From contig MU058482.1 of NCBI GenBank assembly GCA_013265495.1, positions 344,962 through 408,961 on the forward strand: a stretch of DNA of 64,000 nucleotides, given 5' to 3'. The notes beneath the pieces were generated by a model that worked only from the letters and a program-made list of their open reading frames with translations, was not told the origin of the DNA and searched no databases. Of the stretch, positions 48,720-63,208 are shown in pieces (position 1 is the first letter of the stretch; the number at the start of each line of letters is the position of its first letter). The DNA is from Vicugna vicugna. Lineage: Eukaryota. A program made the translations under genes and the position numbers.

Positions 48720-50139
48720 ATGTGTGTGGTACTACTTAACACCTATGATGGTGATGGCATTTTCCCAGAAAGCCATCTCCCTCCTGTTTCCCTTGAAATC
48801 CCATCCTGCTTTTCCTGTACACTACCCCTCACAAACCACAAGCTGCAGCAACATGGATGCCCAGCCTGGAGCAGCAGCAGCCAGGATGACCTGGAGCCAG
48901 GGGGGCCTTCGGAACAGATGCACACCCTTCCTGGGTGATGGTAAGAGGTGTGAGGTCCACTTGGTTTCATTGCGAAGACTAGGAAATACACTGGTTAAAG
49001 TTTAGTTGAAGTGGTGTAGGTTGACAGCTTCTGGAAATGTGTGGGTTATGGTTTTTGTGTGTGTATCTCAAGAGACCTTTCCTAAGGGAGGCCACTTCAG
49101 GTTTTGGTAAAGTGATGGAATTATCAGGATCAAACTTGGGCTTGCTGAGAGTGTTTGGTAATTGGAAAGAGTGACTGAAGTTTATATTTATAATGAAAAT
49201 GCCTTGTTTTAATGATTAGCAACAAGATAAAGACATTAGGTGGTCCTTTGTTTTAGATTATTACAAATTAGTAAAAATTTTCTGTCTTTCAGGGTAATCC
49301 TTGAGTTTGTGACAACAATTTTGGCTTTTACTCTATTGAGACTGTTTTATCTTAGTTTTTAATATGAATCAAACCACAAGAGACATGCTGTGATACTAAA
49401 ATCACAGCGTGAAGGTTTTTTAAAAAAAGAAAAGGTTCAGTAGGTTTTTTTAACCTCGGAAAGCAGGAAAATCTGTATAATCTCTGTATCCAAACCAGGA
49501 AAGATCTAGGTTTGACCTCTTTTTCAATGATGACTTGCAGTCTAGCTAGGTATTGGGAATCCACTGTTTTCCCGATAGTAATAAGAAGGGATGAATCTGG
49601 TCTGTTCATTAGAATAATCCAGAGATTAATAAGGATGTAGGTAGCCAAAGAGTTGAGAATATTAGCAACCTGTAGTATTTTACTGACAACAGTGGAATAT
49701 TTTAATAACTCACTTTAGAGTTGCTTTAATAGATTTTGAGCCAGGTCGGGGCAGGTGGGAGGAGAATGATTTTTGAAGATGTATTCGGTGCTGTGGTACT
49801 AGGGTAAATCACATACTTGACCTCTTCCCTTACTCATCTCATGAGTAAGCCTGAAGGCAGCCTCAAAGGAAAACAGAATAGGAGAAAGTTACATAAAACA
49901 TCCTGAGGTTATCTGGATGAGGAATGGAAAATTTTCTTCTATGGGTCCAAGTTTTATTGATGCCCTCTGTTGTATGAAACCTCTTTCTACCTCTCTCTGT
50001 CATTGCGTGGCTGCTATTCACTATAGGTTCAGTTTAATTTATTTCTTAATTCTGCAGATACACTATTTTGTGGGTCATGTTCTGGTTTGGGGGTTACATA
50101 AAGGTACAATAGTTGTTCAGGGATTCATAGTCTCATGAA

Positions 50140-51200
50140 GGAGACAGATGAGTGGGATAATGTCACCATGTGATAAAGGTGAGCACAGAGTTTATAGAAC
50201 CATGCAAAGATGAGTACCTTGCTGACTCTTAAGAAGTCAGGAAATGGTTTTAAGAAAAAGCAGGTAGAACTGAATCTTGTTAAGACCCGATTATAAACAT
50301 GCCAAGCCAGAGAGTTTGTGTTTTATCCAGAAACCAGTAGTGAACTGTTGAAAGATTCTTAACTGGGGAGTGACATCATATTTTGATTTTTAGAAATGTC
50401 ATTCTTATAGCAGTGTGGAAATGGCATAGAGGGGAATGAGATTGGAAGTAGGTGATAAATAAGGAAGATACTAAAATGGAAGAATAGTGACCTGAACTGG
50501 CCAGTGGTTTTGGGGATACAAATGGGTAAATTTCAGAGGATTTGGTGGTAACTGTGATACGAATAGTGAGGGATTTGTTTGGCATGACTCCCAGGTTTCA
50601 AGTTAGAGGTATTTATTTATTAAACATTTGAGTGCTTACTCTGAAAATAACCATTAGGCTTGGGTATATACAGATGAACAAAACACTGTCTCCTGCCCTC
50701 TTTGTGTATTATAGACCACTGAGGGGAAAAACCACTTTCACATTCTAGATCCCCATGAAGGAAAAGTGAGATGATAGTTAAGGGAACCAAATTTAGAGTA
50801 TGGAGGCAGGAGGGTGCTGCCTTCAAAGAGACCTTGAAGGAGCTGATGTTGAAATTGAGATCTGTAAGTGGATTGTCATACCTGAAAGCACAGATAATGG
50901 CGGGGATTAGGGGAGGGGGGCTTGGCCTCAGAGCAAGGAATACTGCTGGAATAGTAGTATTTTTGGAATACGAAGAATGCATAGAGTAAGAGAGAAAGTT
51001 GGAAATTTAAGCAAGTACCAAGCATAGTATACAGGTCCTGATAGGCCCATGTTTAAAATCTAGATTATCTTGGGCAGAGTAGGAATCTGTTGAAGGACTT
51101 TGGAGAGTGGAAAGATCTGATTTTCTTGAATTTTCCTTCTGGCTGTTGTATGGGGAATGTTAGTAATGAGGACATAGTGCAAGTAGGACTAAATAAATTA
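50140..51200 (-). mobile_element. L2 fragments
   Basis: Purine-rich L2-like segments (gttgaaagattcttaactggggagtgacat, aaacatttgagtgcttact); boundaries approximate. Confidence 0.55.
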
Positions 51201-51859
51201 GAAGACCTGTTAAAGTATTCCACTATCTGTAATCTCAGACAGTAATAATTCTAGGCCTGGGGCACTTGCCCTGTTTTTTCAAATGAATTTTCTTTGTGCA
51301 TTAATGAGCATATGTAGTGTGTTTGAAGAGGATAGGTTAGTCAGGCTTTGGAAGTTACTAGTTATTTCTGTAACCCTCTTTTGGATCAGACATGACATAA
51401 TAGCTTTCCTATTTGAAAGGAAAAATGAAGTAAAAGAACCCGAATTTCTTCTAAAAAGTAATAATCTGGACATTACTATGTGTCCACTGCTGTCAAAGTT
51501 ATTACGTTCACTTACTTAGTCATCATCATAACCAACTTTTAAAGTAAATATCATTGTTATGTATTTTGTTTAATTCACAGCACTTTAAATGGCATGAAGT
51601 GTCCAAGGTAATAAATTATTTAGGTGGATGTAGCTTTGCTGTGTAATTTTATAGAATCTTTGGATGTGACAACATTCTTTTAAGGAAGTAAACACATTTA
51701 AAAGTGAGTTTTAGTTGGGAGAAGAAAAGAAATAATTGTATTATTTATGGTTTGAAAAAAAAATACATACTCCAAAAGGATGTATCACTAAATCCAGCAG
51801 TTCTTTTCAGTATTTACAGTATTTAAACAGTCGAGCCACTTTCTTCTTTGAAACATTTT

Positions 51860-52820
51860 TTTACTTAGCTCCAGGTTTTTGTTCTCTTTCTAGCTCTTCC
51901 TTCTCCACTCAGCTGGAGTACCTGTGGTTCAGTCTTTCCACTTCTCTTTTCTGATCACACCTCCCAGGTCATTTCACTCAGTCACATGATTTTATGTATA
52001 TATCTATTAGCTGGTGATTCCCACACATATATCACCAGCCTGGACATCTCTTTTGAACGACGTATTCATCATCCAGTTACCTACCTGACAATTCCTGAGA
52101 ATATTCATATATCAATTTAAAATAAAAGTCCAAAACTGGGCTCCTGCTATTCTTCCCTCAAACCAGTTTCTTCTGCAGTGTTGCCCATTTCAGTTGGCGA
52201 AACCCAAGTTTTCATGTCAGGCCAGACTTTGATTAGCCACCCTTGATTATTTTTTTCTCTTATACCTCACTTCTGGCCTTGTAGAAAATCCTGTCATCGC
52301 TGCCTTTAAAATATGACAAGAATTTGCTACCTGTTTCTTCTGTTGCTTGGTCCAGTTTCAAGCCATCATTGTCTTTTTGGTGTATTACTGGAGTAGATTT
52401 CTTTCTTTTGCCCCTCCACACCAGTATGTGTTATCTAGATCGATCCTATCAAAATATAATGCGGAAAAATGTTACCTGAAAGAATTTCCTGCTAAAAACT
52501 CACTTAATAGTTGATCATTTCAGCGTTGAAGTCAAAGTTTTATTGTGACCTACAAGACCTATGTGATCCTTTGTGCCCCTCCTCCCTTATTAATAGTATA
52601 CTACCCTGCTCCAGTCACACTGGCCTCCTACTGAGGCTTGGACACACTAGATGTTACTACCTCAAAGCCTTGGAATTTTCTTCCTCTAGACGTTCGGAAG
52701 GTTAGGTTTCCTCAGTTCATTTAGATTCTTACTCAAAAGCGACTGCTGTTTTCTTTTACTTAGCCCTGTGAATACTCTGTAGCACTTTGTACCAGCTCAC
52801 CTATTATAGAACTTAATTTT
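51860..52820 (+). mobile_element. L2 fragment
   Basis: CT-rich L2-like body (tcccacacatatatcaccagcctggac, ccagtcacactggcctcc); boundaries approximate. Confidence 0.6.
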
Positions 52821-55216
52821 CTACTATGTAAAGATACAGAGAAATACCTGTAAAGATATGTGTGAAACAACATTGATTACCTCTGGAGAAGTGAGGGATT
52901 TAGGAGGGTTGGAAGGAAATTTTTGCTGTGTGTGCTCAAAGATGGAGTGTTAAAATGAGCAACACAGTATCATTTTGCTTCTGATTAAAAAAACTTAAGA
53001 CTCCTTATTATAGGTATACTTCAACAACTCTCCTGATTCTGTGTCTGGGTATAAATAGAGTAACTATAGCCTGTGCAGTAGGAGTTTCGTAAGCAATTTT
53101 TATAGTTAAACCTTAAAATAGGTTTGGCTGTGATGGAATGAGTCACGTTAGCATTTGAGTCATGTTAGCTGTTGCCTGTGATGGGGCTGTAATCAAAATT
53201 TGGAAGAACTTTATCTTTTTTTTTTTTTTTTCAATTTATTCTCCAGTGAGAATGCATAGCTACTTTAAGGTGTAGCTGCAGCAGGTTGTAGGACATCTCA
53301 ATTTTTCCCTCCTACCAATTTCACCATTCTGAAATAGTCTTCTGTTTCCCATTTAGATTAACCTATGGCTTTTGAGTTGATTTCACAATATAACTCTGGA
53401 AGTTCATTTAGGCTTTCCTAACTAGTCTGGAATAACATTTAGGAATAGTTTAATAGGATACATGTTAAATGAAATTTTTCCCTTAGCCCTCTTACTAAAA
53501 TTCTGTATTCTGAAAATGATGTAACCATTCATAGTGACTATAATTCCTTATATTAGTTCCTTAAATATAGTCATCTTCACCTAAGTGGGTTTGGTGTTAA
53601 CTTCAAAAACTGTATGGCTAAAATTGAGGCAGTAAAGTGTGCTTTTCAAAGAAAAATTTTCCTTTGTCCTTAAAAGTTTGTTGGCTTCCTATGTTAGAAT
53701 TACAGTTGTTTATGATATGTTTTAAAATGTAGTTTTATTGAAATAAAGGAAAAATAAAAGTTTCGATGTGTCCATTCAGGGTTTTTTTTTTTTTGCATAT
53801 GTAGGATTTCCCAAAAGGCATGTCATTCATACAGCACATACATTTAAGTAGTAATTTTTTTTTCTTTAACATGAAATTATATTAACATAAGATGTTGTTA
53901 GGTACAGCTCTTCAAAAATTTTAGTAGCTGCATAGTACTACATTGCATACTCATACAGTATTTTACTTAATTCAACTTATAGTTGAACCCTTAGGGACCC
54001 CCCCTCAATTTTCCCTTTTATAAACAATCTTACAACTAAGATTTTGTAAATAACTTTAATTATTTAAGCCCCAGATTGTTGAAGGGCATGCTTGTTTTAA
54101 AAACTTTCACTCTAGATTGGTCTCCCAAAAGGTGAAAACTGTTTGTCTACTTAATGACAATGTAAATGACCACTAATAATTTCTAGTTTTGTGAATTACT
54201 TGGATCTTTTTTGATCTCCAAACTTGTCCAGCTTGAGCATTCCTTGGGTAATGTTGTTTCACCTGTACCTGTACCCACTTTCTCCTCATGTTATTTTGAG
54301 GTGAAATGTGATATATTTAGTCTGTAGATATTTCAGTATGTCTTTTTTAAAGGATAAGGGCTTAATAACAGTCATCATCACACAAAAACATTTAGTAAAT
54401 GTATTTTAAGACCCTAAACTACTACTCTCAGGACTGAATAAGGCATTTTCCAATTGTGTTTTATTTCTGCAGAGATGGTAACATGGATGTTTTTTGCTTG
54501 CATGTTGTGTTTTGCCTAGTGCTTTCTAGAATTTGGGAAGTTCTGTTTATTAGAGATAAGTGTAGAAAAAATTTTTGAGAGAGAATATTGACATGGTTAT
54601 CCTCATGAGTGATAAAATTAAGTTCAGGATAACAGAAGATGAGATTCCACTATATTTTATATACATTTTACTGTTAAATTCTGAAGTTAGGTATAATCCT
54701 GTTTTAGCTGCTTAGATCTGAGTGATGGAGAATGTTGTAGTAATTTTAAGTTGGATTTCCTTATTAAAAATTACTCCTTTATAAATTATTTAGCAGTACT
54801 GGTCCAAAATCTATTGTTCAGAATTCAGAAATTCAAAAATCTTAGACAGTTTTTCAGCAGTTTGACAGACTCATTTGATGATAAAACTTGACTTCAGTTG
54901 ACATGAGATTATAGTCTGTTACGTTTAGTGACTGTGCATATGCATTACTGCAGAAATATTAATACATTTGATTTGAGAGCTGGATGCTTGCCCAGAACCC
55001 ACTGCGTGTTATACAGCAAAATTACAGTATTATCTTAGAAAAATCAACCAAAAAAATCTTGATTTTTGTTTTGTTTTGTTTTGTTTTCCCTAACAGGGGT
55101 CCCCAGGGGACCATGTTAGACTTTAAAAAGTGTATTTGTTGTATGTAACTCAATGCTCAGTTGAGTTCACTGATAAAATTGAAGCTTTCTACAAGATAAT
55201 AAAGAAATGAAGTCTT

Positions 55217-55355
55217 ACTTACTATTTTTTAAATTTTGGCTGGGGTGGGGTTTGGGGAGGTAATTAGGTTTATTTGTATTTGGAGGAGGTGCTGGGAATT
55301 GATCCCAGGACCTTGTGCATGCTAAGCATGCACTCTACCACTTGACTGTCCCCCC
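55217..55355 (-). mobile_element. Vic-1-type SINE
   Basis: Reverse-complement head; TSD aaagaaatgaa(g/a)tctt at 55201 and 55356. Confidence 0.88.
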
Positions 55356-56014
55356 AAAGAAATGAAATCTTGTTGACCCTTGCTATTCAGAGTATGTTCT
55401 GAGCTTTAGCAGCAGCGGTGGCATCGTTATCATCATCACCTTTATCATCTGGAAGCTTCTTAGAAATGCAGAATTTCGTGCCCTGTCCTAGAACTGTGAT
55501 GGGCACATTAAAGAGATGTAGTAGTCTAGATCACTTTCACTCCTTTTTATTGCTTGGGTGTTAGAAAATTTGGTGGACTTCCTAGCAAGAGTGTTTTTGA
55601 TGTTTGGGAGGAAAGTTGAGGATCATAGTGTAGCCACATTTTATATAAATTAGAAATAATACATTATAAAAATTTTACATTTTATGTGCAAAATTTGAAC
55701 TAACGACTGCCTAAACTACAAGTAGAATTAAGAATCACGTAATTTCCAACAGGCAGGCTGGATAAATGGTAATGCACTTAAGCTAGTCATCAGAAATAGA
55801 TACCATCTTGAAATATGTGTACTTTGAATTTGAGCTCTTAGGCATATCATGTATCTGGTATAATGTGACCAATCTGTAAATATTTCTTGGTGATAAATGA
55901 TAAAAGATTAACATTTAAAGAACATAATTTTGCTTATCAGGGTGGCTCTCTGACTGTAATAGTTATTTCCCAGTCAACATTTATTGACCTTACTAAAATG
56001 TTACTCTTGATTCT

Positions 56015-56155
56015 CTCTTTTTTTTTTTTTTTGGTGGGGGGAGGTAACTAGGTTTATTTATTTATTTGATTTTTCAGTGGAGGTACTTGGGATTGAACCC
56101 AGGACCTCAGGTATGCTAGCCATGCGCTCTACCAGTTGAGCTATACTCTCCCCCG
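56015..56155 (-). mobile_element. Vic-1-type SINE
   Basis: Poly-T tail; TSD actcttgattct at 56003-56014 and 56156-56167. Confidence 0.9.
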
Positions 56156-56402
56156 ACTCTTGATTCTTTTCCTGTGAAAAGCATTCTCTTACATATTCCT
56201 AACGCTTGTTTGATACTTGTAAACTCAGAAACCTCTTTTTTCAAAGGGCTTAAAATGTTCCTAGAGTAAATAGATGCTTGTTCATGTTGAGTTTTACTAT
56301 ATAGAAGCTGCTCTAGTTAAGAATATGTTGGGTTCTAAAATGCTGGTTTTTCTTTTTCTAAGTATGGTGTAACGCTCATAGAAAGAGGTGACAACACTTA
56401 AG

Positions 56403-56622
56403 ATGGGCGGGGGGACAAATTAGGAGTATGGGATTAACAGATTCAAACTATTATATATAAAATAGATAAGCAGCAAGGATTTATTGTATAGTGCAGGGAA
56501 TTATATCCAGTATCTTAACAATAACCTATAGTGGTATATAATCAGTAAGAAAAAAAATCACTATACTATTCACCTGAAGTTAACGCAGTATTATAAATCA
56601 GCTTTACTTCAACTAAGAAAAA
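56403..56622 (+). mobile_element. L1 3' UTR tail (cetartiodactyl type)
   Basis: ggagtatgggattaacagattcaaacta..aaggatttattgtatagtgcagggaa. Confidence 0.8.
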
Positions 56623-59600
56623 GTTTAGTGATAGCACAGTTGATTTTGAAGGTTGCGAATGTAGAGAGAAATATCTTTGTTGGGACTGCCAGTGAAATAA
56701 GAGACCCCAAATTATGGAACACAATATCCAGTGAGTTCCGTTATCTTAGAGATGTCCATTTTCTTGATTTTTATACAGGTCTGAATTGCTCTGTGAAGAA
56801 GAGAAGCACTCAACTTTTCTTTTGTTTAGGAGTTCTAGAAAAGCTTTGCTGACTCTAGGCAAAGCTATGTATCATAATCATTGAATTCAGGGGGTAGCAT
56901 GAAGCTACCTTCGCAGGATGGAAATATGAAACTAATATGGCATGAAAGAACAATTGGGGAAAAAAGAATACTTAAAAACTTCACAATCCTACTACATCCT
57001 GAGATGTCAAAACTTTCCTGTATAATCTTCTAGATAACTTGTATATCTTGCATGTGCTCCGTAATATCTTGAGCGTCTCTCACTGTCAGGGTTAATTTTA
57101 AATGTAGCTTTTGTTCAGTTAGATTGATGTATTGAAATTCATTTAGTTAGTCTCATTGTCATGTACTTGTTTTCCAATTTTTCGCTGTTACTATATCTGC
57201 ATCCTTGATTCCTTCAATGAATTCTGAAAAATGAGATTATTGAGTCAAAGAACATGCACAGTTTTAAAGCTTTTGATAAAACAATCCAGATGTCCTCTGA
57301 AAATATGGTACCAGTTCATACTATCAGAAATAGTGTATGAAAATGATTATTTCTGTTTAAAATGTATTTGCTTTTTTGGTAGGTGAAGTATGGTATTTGG
57401 TTTAATTTTTATCTCATTTATGGTGGGGGTGAATTTTTTCCTAATCTCCATAGACCTTTAGTATCGTTTGTTAATAATCACCTTTTGTGTCCTTGTGTCT
57501 TTGTCCCATATTTTTGTTCGTATGTACCAATAATAGTAAATGATGTAGTAGTGGCAGCAGCTGCAGCAGCTGTACTTGTTATGTGCCAGACACCGTGTTC
57601 ATTGTTTTCTGTACCTTATTTACACCTCATACCGATCCTGTGAGACAGATACTGTACTCATTTCATGGTTGAAGAATCTGGTGTTTGAAGGGATTGGCTT
57701 TCCAGAAGGAAGTGCACACTACTTAAGTGCTTGAGTTTGAAATTGAATCAGGTCTATCTGACTCCAAAGCCTCTGAGCTGTTAACCATTAGGAAGTGTTG
57801 ATCCATTATTTTCATACATTTTTATTAGTATCAAGGAATTGTGGACAAATAGGTACTACACATGTGTGTCAGTTTTTTGTTTTACTGACCTGAGTCCTGT
57901 TCAGAACTAAATAAGGGTAGAGCTTTTCATTGTGCAGAACATATGCAGAAGGGCTTCTCAGTTGAGATTGATCTAACTATCCAAAGCTAATGCATTACAA
58001 GAAATAAACTTACGGTATTGAAGGACAGTTGTGTTAATCTTAAACTTTAAATGACATGAGTGAGACTACTCAAACTATGCTGAACGAATCAGTGAAGAAT
58101 ATATAATTGGGAGAGGTTGTTAATACTTCACACTACAAAATCAAAGTCTGAAATTTTTTCCGACTGGAACCAGGGACTGTGAATTAGATATAAGAGAATG
58201 AAGCAGTATATGAAGTGTAAAGCTCTGCACTTGACAGTGAATTCTGCATGTGTTAACAGTGCCAAAGTTAGGAGAAATAATAGCATCTGGATAGCATCCA
58301 GAATGTGCTGCATTCTTGAAAGAGCAACCAAATTTGGACTATGGTGTTCAAAGGGACATTGACAGGTTAAGTTGTATGTTGTAGGGCACCATTTCTTATT
58401 TTTATAGATGCTGGTCACAATTGGGAACAGTTTGAATAAGATGTTTTAAGTCAAAGAAAAAGAATAATTCAGTTGCTAATGAATGGCATTAAAGAGAAGA
58501 GCTAAGGGAGGAAATTAGTTAGGAGTCAAATTTTAGAGTATGTTCAGGGTGTGAGTTCCTTGACTGAGGGCAATTCAAGAACCTTGATTATTGTTGAGTA
58601 AGGATGTTGCAGAGGAATTTTAACATCCACTGAACTACATGATTTAGTTTTTTCCATCATTGAGATTCTGGGAATATTTTCTTAAAGACTTGTTGCATTC
58701 CTTGACAGGAACAATATTACTATAAAAATGCTTATTAAAGAAAACTTGGAAAGAAACATGCTTATGTGCAGCATCAACACACAGATAACCACTGTTAATA
58801 TTTTGATGTTTTGATCCATTCTTCTCTTTCATATTCCATATATATTTTTATATTTTTACAATATATTTTATATTTTTACCAATATGGAATCATTACTGCA
58901 TATAGTTCTAGAACCTCTATATTGTAAACATTTTCCATTTAATAAATTTTCTGCAACATGTTTTTATTAAGTGGCTAATATTTTTGTCATAAGGATTTAC
59001 AAAACTTACCAAAGGTCAAAGTTTCTCTTTTTCAGTTCCAAAATAGGATGACCTGAAATTTATTTAACATTGTCAATTGTTTAATTAGTACAAATATGTT
59101 GACCTACCCATTGCTTGGCACTTATATTTAATTAAGAATTTTCAAATAAACTTACAGAAACATATACTGGTTTTACTTAGGTGGTTTTAACATGGTGGAA
59201 GTGCCAGTTCCCTCCTCCACCCCATCGGATGATCGTTCTTACATTAGCAAATCTCATAGGAAAAAAATATTATTTTGCTGTTTTCTGGGAACTTGTTTAA
59301 GACTGTGTGACCTGGTATATATCCTTTTTTCATTTACTGTAGTAGGATCTTTAAAAAACTTTTGAACAGGTAATAACGTACTTTTATAAAATACACCATC
59401 CTTGTTTCAGCCTCCCTATTCTGGTGGCAGCTGTCTAGATTACCATGTTTGCTTTCTGTGGTTTTTTTTTTTTCCTCCTGAGTGATTCTAAAGTTACAGG
59501 TGTGATGCTTGACATGGGAACTGCAACATGACTGCCTCCTAAGGATAATCTGTATCATCAAAGTAATTATCAAAGCAATGAAAATTAATGTTAATTCAAT

Positions 59601-60011
59601 ATTATCGCATATAGTCCACATTAAAATTCTCTAGTTTTCTCAGAAATGTCTCTCCCCCAATCCAGATTTCAGTCAGGGTTTTCACATTGTTTCTTAATTT
59701 AGAAAGGCCCCCTACTCATTTTGAGGAGTCTCGAACCAGTTGTGTTCTATTATGACCTGACAAATGTGAAATTGTCTGGTTTCCCTATTGTGAAGATGCA
59801 GATATTTTACCAAGACTATTGCATAGGTGATGTATGTTTCTTATTTTGTCAAATCATGAAGCATATAATGTTAGATCACTTGGTTTAAGTGGTGATCCAT
59901 GTTTCTATTATAAAGGTGCATCTTTTTCTCTTACAATCAGTGAGTAACCTATTGGATAATACTTTGAGACCATGTAAATCCTGTTTCCTACCCATGCTTT
60001 GAGCATACATT

Positions 60012-60042
<31 letters not shown>

Positions 60043-60621
60043 CTTATATTGATAAAATCTTCACCAGTCCAACAGTTAGAAAAAGTGATCTCTTTAAAGT
60101 CTTTTAACTCCAATATGCTTTTCTTAAAACAATTTTTCATGCTTATGGTTCATTTTTTATTCCTGCCTTTTTTTTTCTGTGACTCACTACTTTAGGGGAC
60201 TTGAATTTTGTCTTATTTAGGTTTTGACAATTGCATATGTAATTTTTTTTCATAGCTTAGGTGTATTTTACTGGTTTTCTTTCTGTAATTTTTACATTTA
60301 AATTTTGTATATAATTTCTTTCAGTGTACATAATGAGATTGTCCTCAGTTTTTGTTTTTAGATGGCTGTGTGGTACCATTTCTTAAATTATTCATTTCCC
60401 CCTATTTATATCTTGAAAATTCTTAGTTTTAATTCTCAGACATAGCAGTTAACATACTTTATCTAAAAATGGCCAACTTTGGTTTTTTTGTGGCCTGACA
60501 ATACCCTAAAAATACTACAATGTGCAATCTTCTCATGCTTGTAATCTTTACATGATAGTCTTTACCTTGAAATCATGTCTATGTTTTGCTAATAATTAGC
60601 TTTGAGTATGGAGCAAGTTAA

Positions 60622-60914
60622 AGTACGCGTCCCTGGTATCTGAGGGGGATTGGTTCCAGGACCCTGATAGAAACCAAAATCTCAAGATGCTCAAGGTGTG
60701 GTATTTGTATATATTCTATATACATCCTCCCACATACTTTAAATCATCCCTAGATTACTTTTAATACTTAATGTGATGTAAATGCTGGGTAAATAGTATG
60801 CAACAAATTCAAATTTTGCTTTTTGAAACTTTCTAGAATTTTTTTACCCTGAATATTTTTGATCTATGATTAAATCTACAGACACAGACCTGCAGATAAG
60901 GAGGACCAACTGTA
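60622..60914 (+). mobile_element. MER2-like TcMar-Tigger DNA transposon
   Basis: ggtatctgagggggattggttccaggaccc start and gataaggaggaccaactgTA end. Confidence 0.8.
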
Positions 60915-63044
60915 CACTGGCTGACTGTTTGAAGACGCATAGGCAGTTTATTGTTGCCCTCTGAAGAGGCCAGAGGGAAATAGTTGATGAATGCAATAAA
61001 GATACATAGGAAGCAGAGACAGTACAGAGTGATAGAGTAACAGGAGAGCAGTGTGGGAAAGGGTACCAAAAGGGACAAGGGACTTAAAGGGGCAAAATAG
61101 GAGCTTCAGTATGTTAAAAACAGTTTAGATCAGGTGATGTTGCTCTAAGTAGGCAGAGAAATTTATAGTATCCAGAAGGTACTGTGAAACTCTTGATAAC
61201 AAATTGTAAAAGACAATGTGAAATAGGTAATCTTTGTACCCAGCAAGATTGTCGTCTTTTTAAAAATTTGTCAACTCATTGCTGCCATCTAGTGACACTT
61301 TGTCTTTGAAATGTTTCAAAGAAAGATGGGAGATAGCATATTAGGCATATATGGCAGTTGCATCTAATTTGAATTGAATGTGGAGACTGTTTAGGCTTTA
61401 AGGGATAGAAATAAATTCTAAGGTAGGGTTCTGAATTTTCTAGCTTGAGGTCAGTTATTTCTCTTGTTTTCTGGTTAGTATGATTTGACATCTGATAAGC
61501 CATATTGATACCATCTTTAAATTTCTTTTTTTTCCTGGACCAATGGATAATGTGATGTGAGTAGCCTATTTATTGAATGGGGCAAACAGATAGAGGACTC
61601 GCTGAAATGCTCGATAGAAACATCTGGTGGCTTGTTTATGTGTTTTCTACTGTGTTCCACGCCCCTCCCCTCCCAGGTATGTCTAGAATGTGAATATGAA
61701 CACAGTCTAAATGAATGACACTACTTTGTTAAGTATTTATCTTCCATTCCCTCAATCCCTTTCCTCTAAAGTTGGAGTTCTAGTGTTTAGGACATAAAAG
61801 CAAGGGAACTGAAAACTTGATTCCAATTATAAATTGATTTTGGCTTAGCTCCCAGCGAAAACCAGGACTTTCATAATCTGTGTTTCTGAACCATTTGAAC
61901 CTTAACATCACTCATAATTGTCAGATAGTGCAGTCTGCCTTTCCCACCTTGCTGTACCTCTTCCTAGCAGAATCTCCTTGAGACTGAATATGAACTTAGG
62001 AGAAATGGAGCAATTGGTATAAACGTTTCCTAAATTTTTAACCAGATTCACAATCCACGCTAGGTTTGCTTCTTAAGAGGGCAGAGTCATGAAAACTCAA
62101 ACTTTAGAATGAAAGGTTCGAAATACAGTTGATAGGTTTGCTTGCTTTTCAACCAGTTATAGATTTTATTTGTGTTTTTGGTTTTAGGATGGTAGAAGTG
62201 GGAATAGAAACACATTTCTATATCAGTGAAGCTTAAGCAGTTCTTGTCCTTCACACTGCCACTAAAATCTCTGATTTTATTGCTGCAATATAAAACATAC
62301 GATCAAATGGACACATAGATTCTTTGGTGTAATAAAAGTAACTCGGTATTCCTGGTTTAACTTTTGCTCACCAGGTAGGGCTTGGTGATCCTTTGTTGAT
62401 AAAAATTGCGGACATAAGAACCTGGGATGAATAATATGTATAAAATTATGCTAACACAGATGCATGTGTATCCAGGAACTAGAGGTTTGAGTACCACTAC
62501 CCAGTAACCTCTAGGAAGATACTCAAATCTTTCTCTTTCTGTTGTCTGTACTGTGGTGGAATTCTGCTTTTCTGGAAACCAAATCCACTTAATCTCTACC
62601 ACTGAATTAAACAGGATGCGTAGTAACCAGGGAACATAATCATTTCAGAAATTTTTTCCCTTTTGGTTTTACTCTTTGAAACCAATTTTAGGGAAAGAAA
62701 CTGGTTCTGTGTATTTTTTATTCTATGTACTTTTATTTACTTAGATCTTCTGTAATATTCAATATTGAGTTTGAAAAAGAAAATCTATCTTAATGGTTTG
62801 CTGAGAGTTTTTAAAGGATGTGACCAGAGTACTTTCATCTTTGAGAAATAGAGTATTTAGGATGTATGGAAACCTGATTTTCAAAAAGTGGAAGAAGTTG
62901 CAGTCTATAAACTCAGTCTGTGAACTGGAAATCATTCTCCGTTAAGATACTAGAGTGGATTATTAAAGTTAAAAATTCATGTAGATTAACGTTACTTCAT
63001 TATTTAAGTGTTAAACTATTAGTACATATCTTTTTAATAAAAAC

Positions 63045-63208
63045 ATTTTTTTTGAGGGAGAAGGTACTTTGGCTGGCTGGCTGACTTGCTTGCTTTCCCT
63101 TCCTCCCTCCTATCCTCTCTCCCTTCCCTTTCATGGAGGTACTGGGAATTGAACCCAGGACCTCGTGCATGCTAATAAGCACACACTCTACTACTGAACT
63201 ACATCCTC
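63045..63208 (-). mobile_element. Vic-1-type SINE with an expanded simple-repeat middle
   Basis: ggaggtactgggaattgaacccaggacctcgtgcatgcta head; (ggct)/(tgct)/CT-rich tract. Confidence 0.85.
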
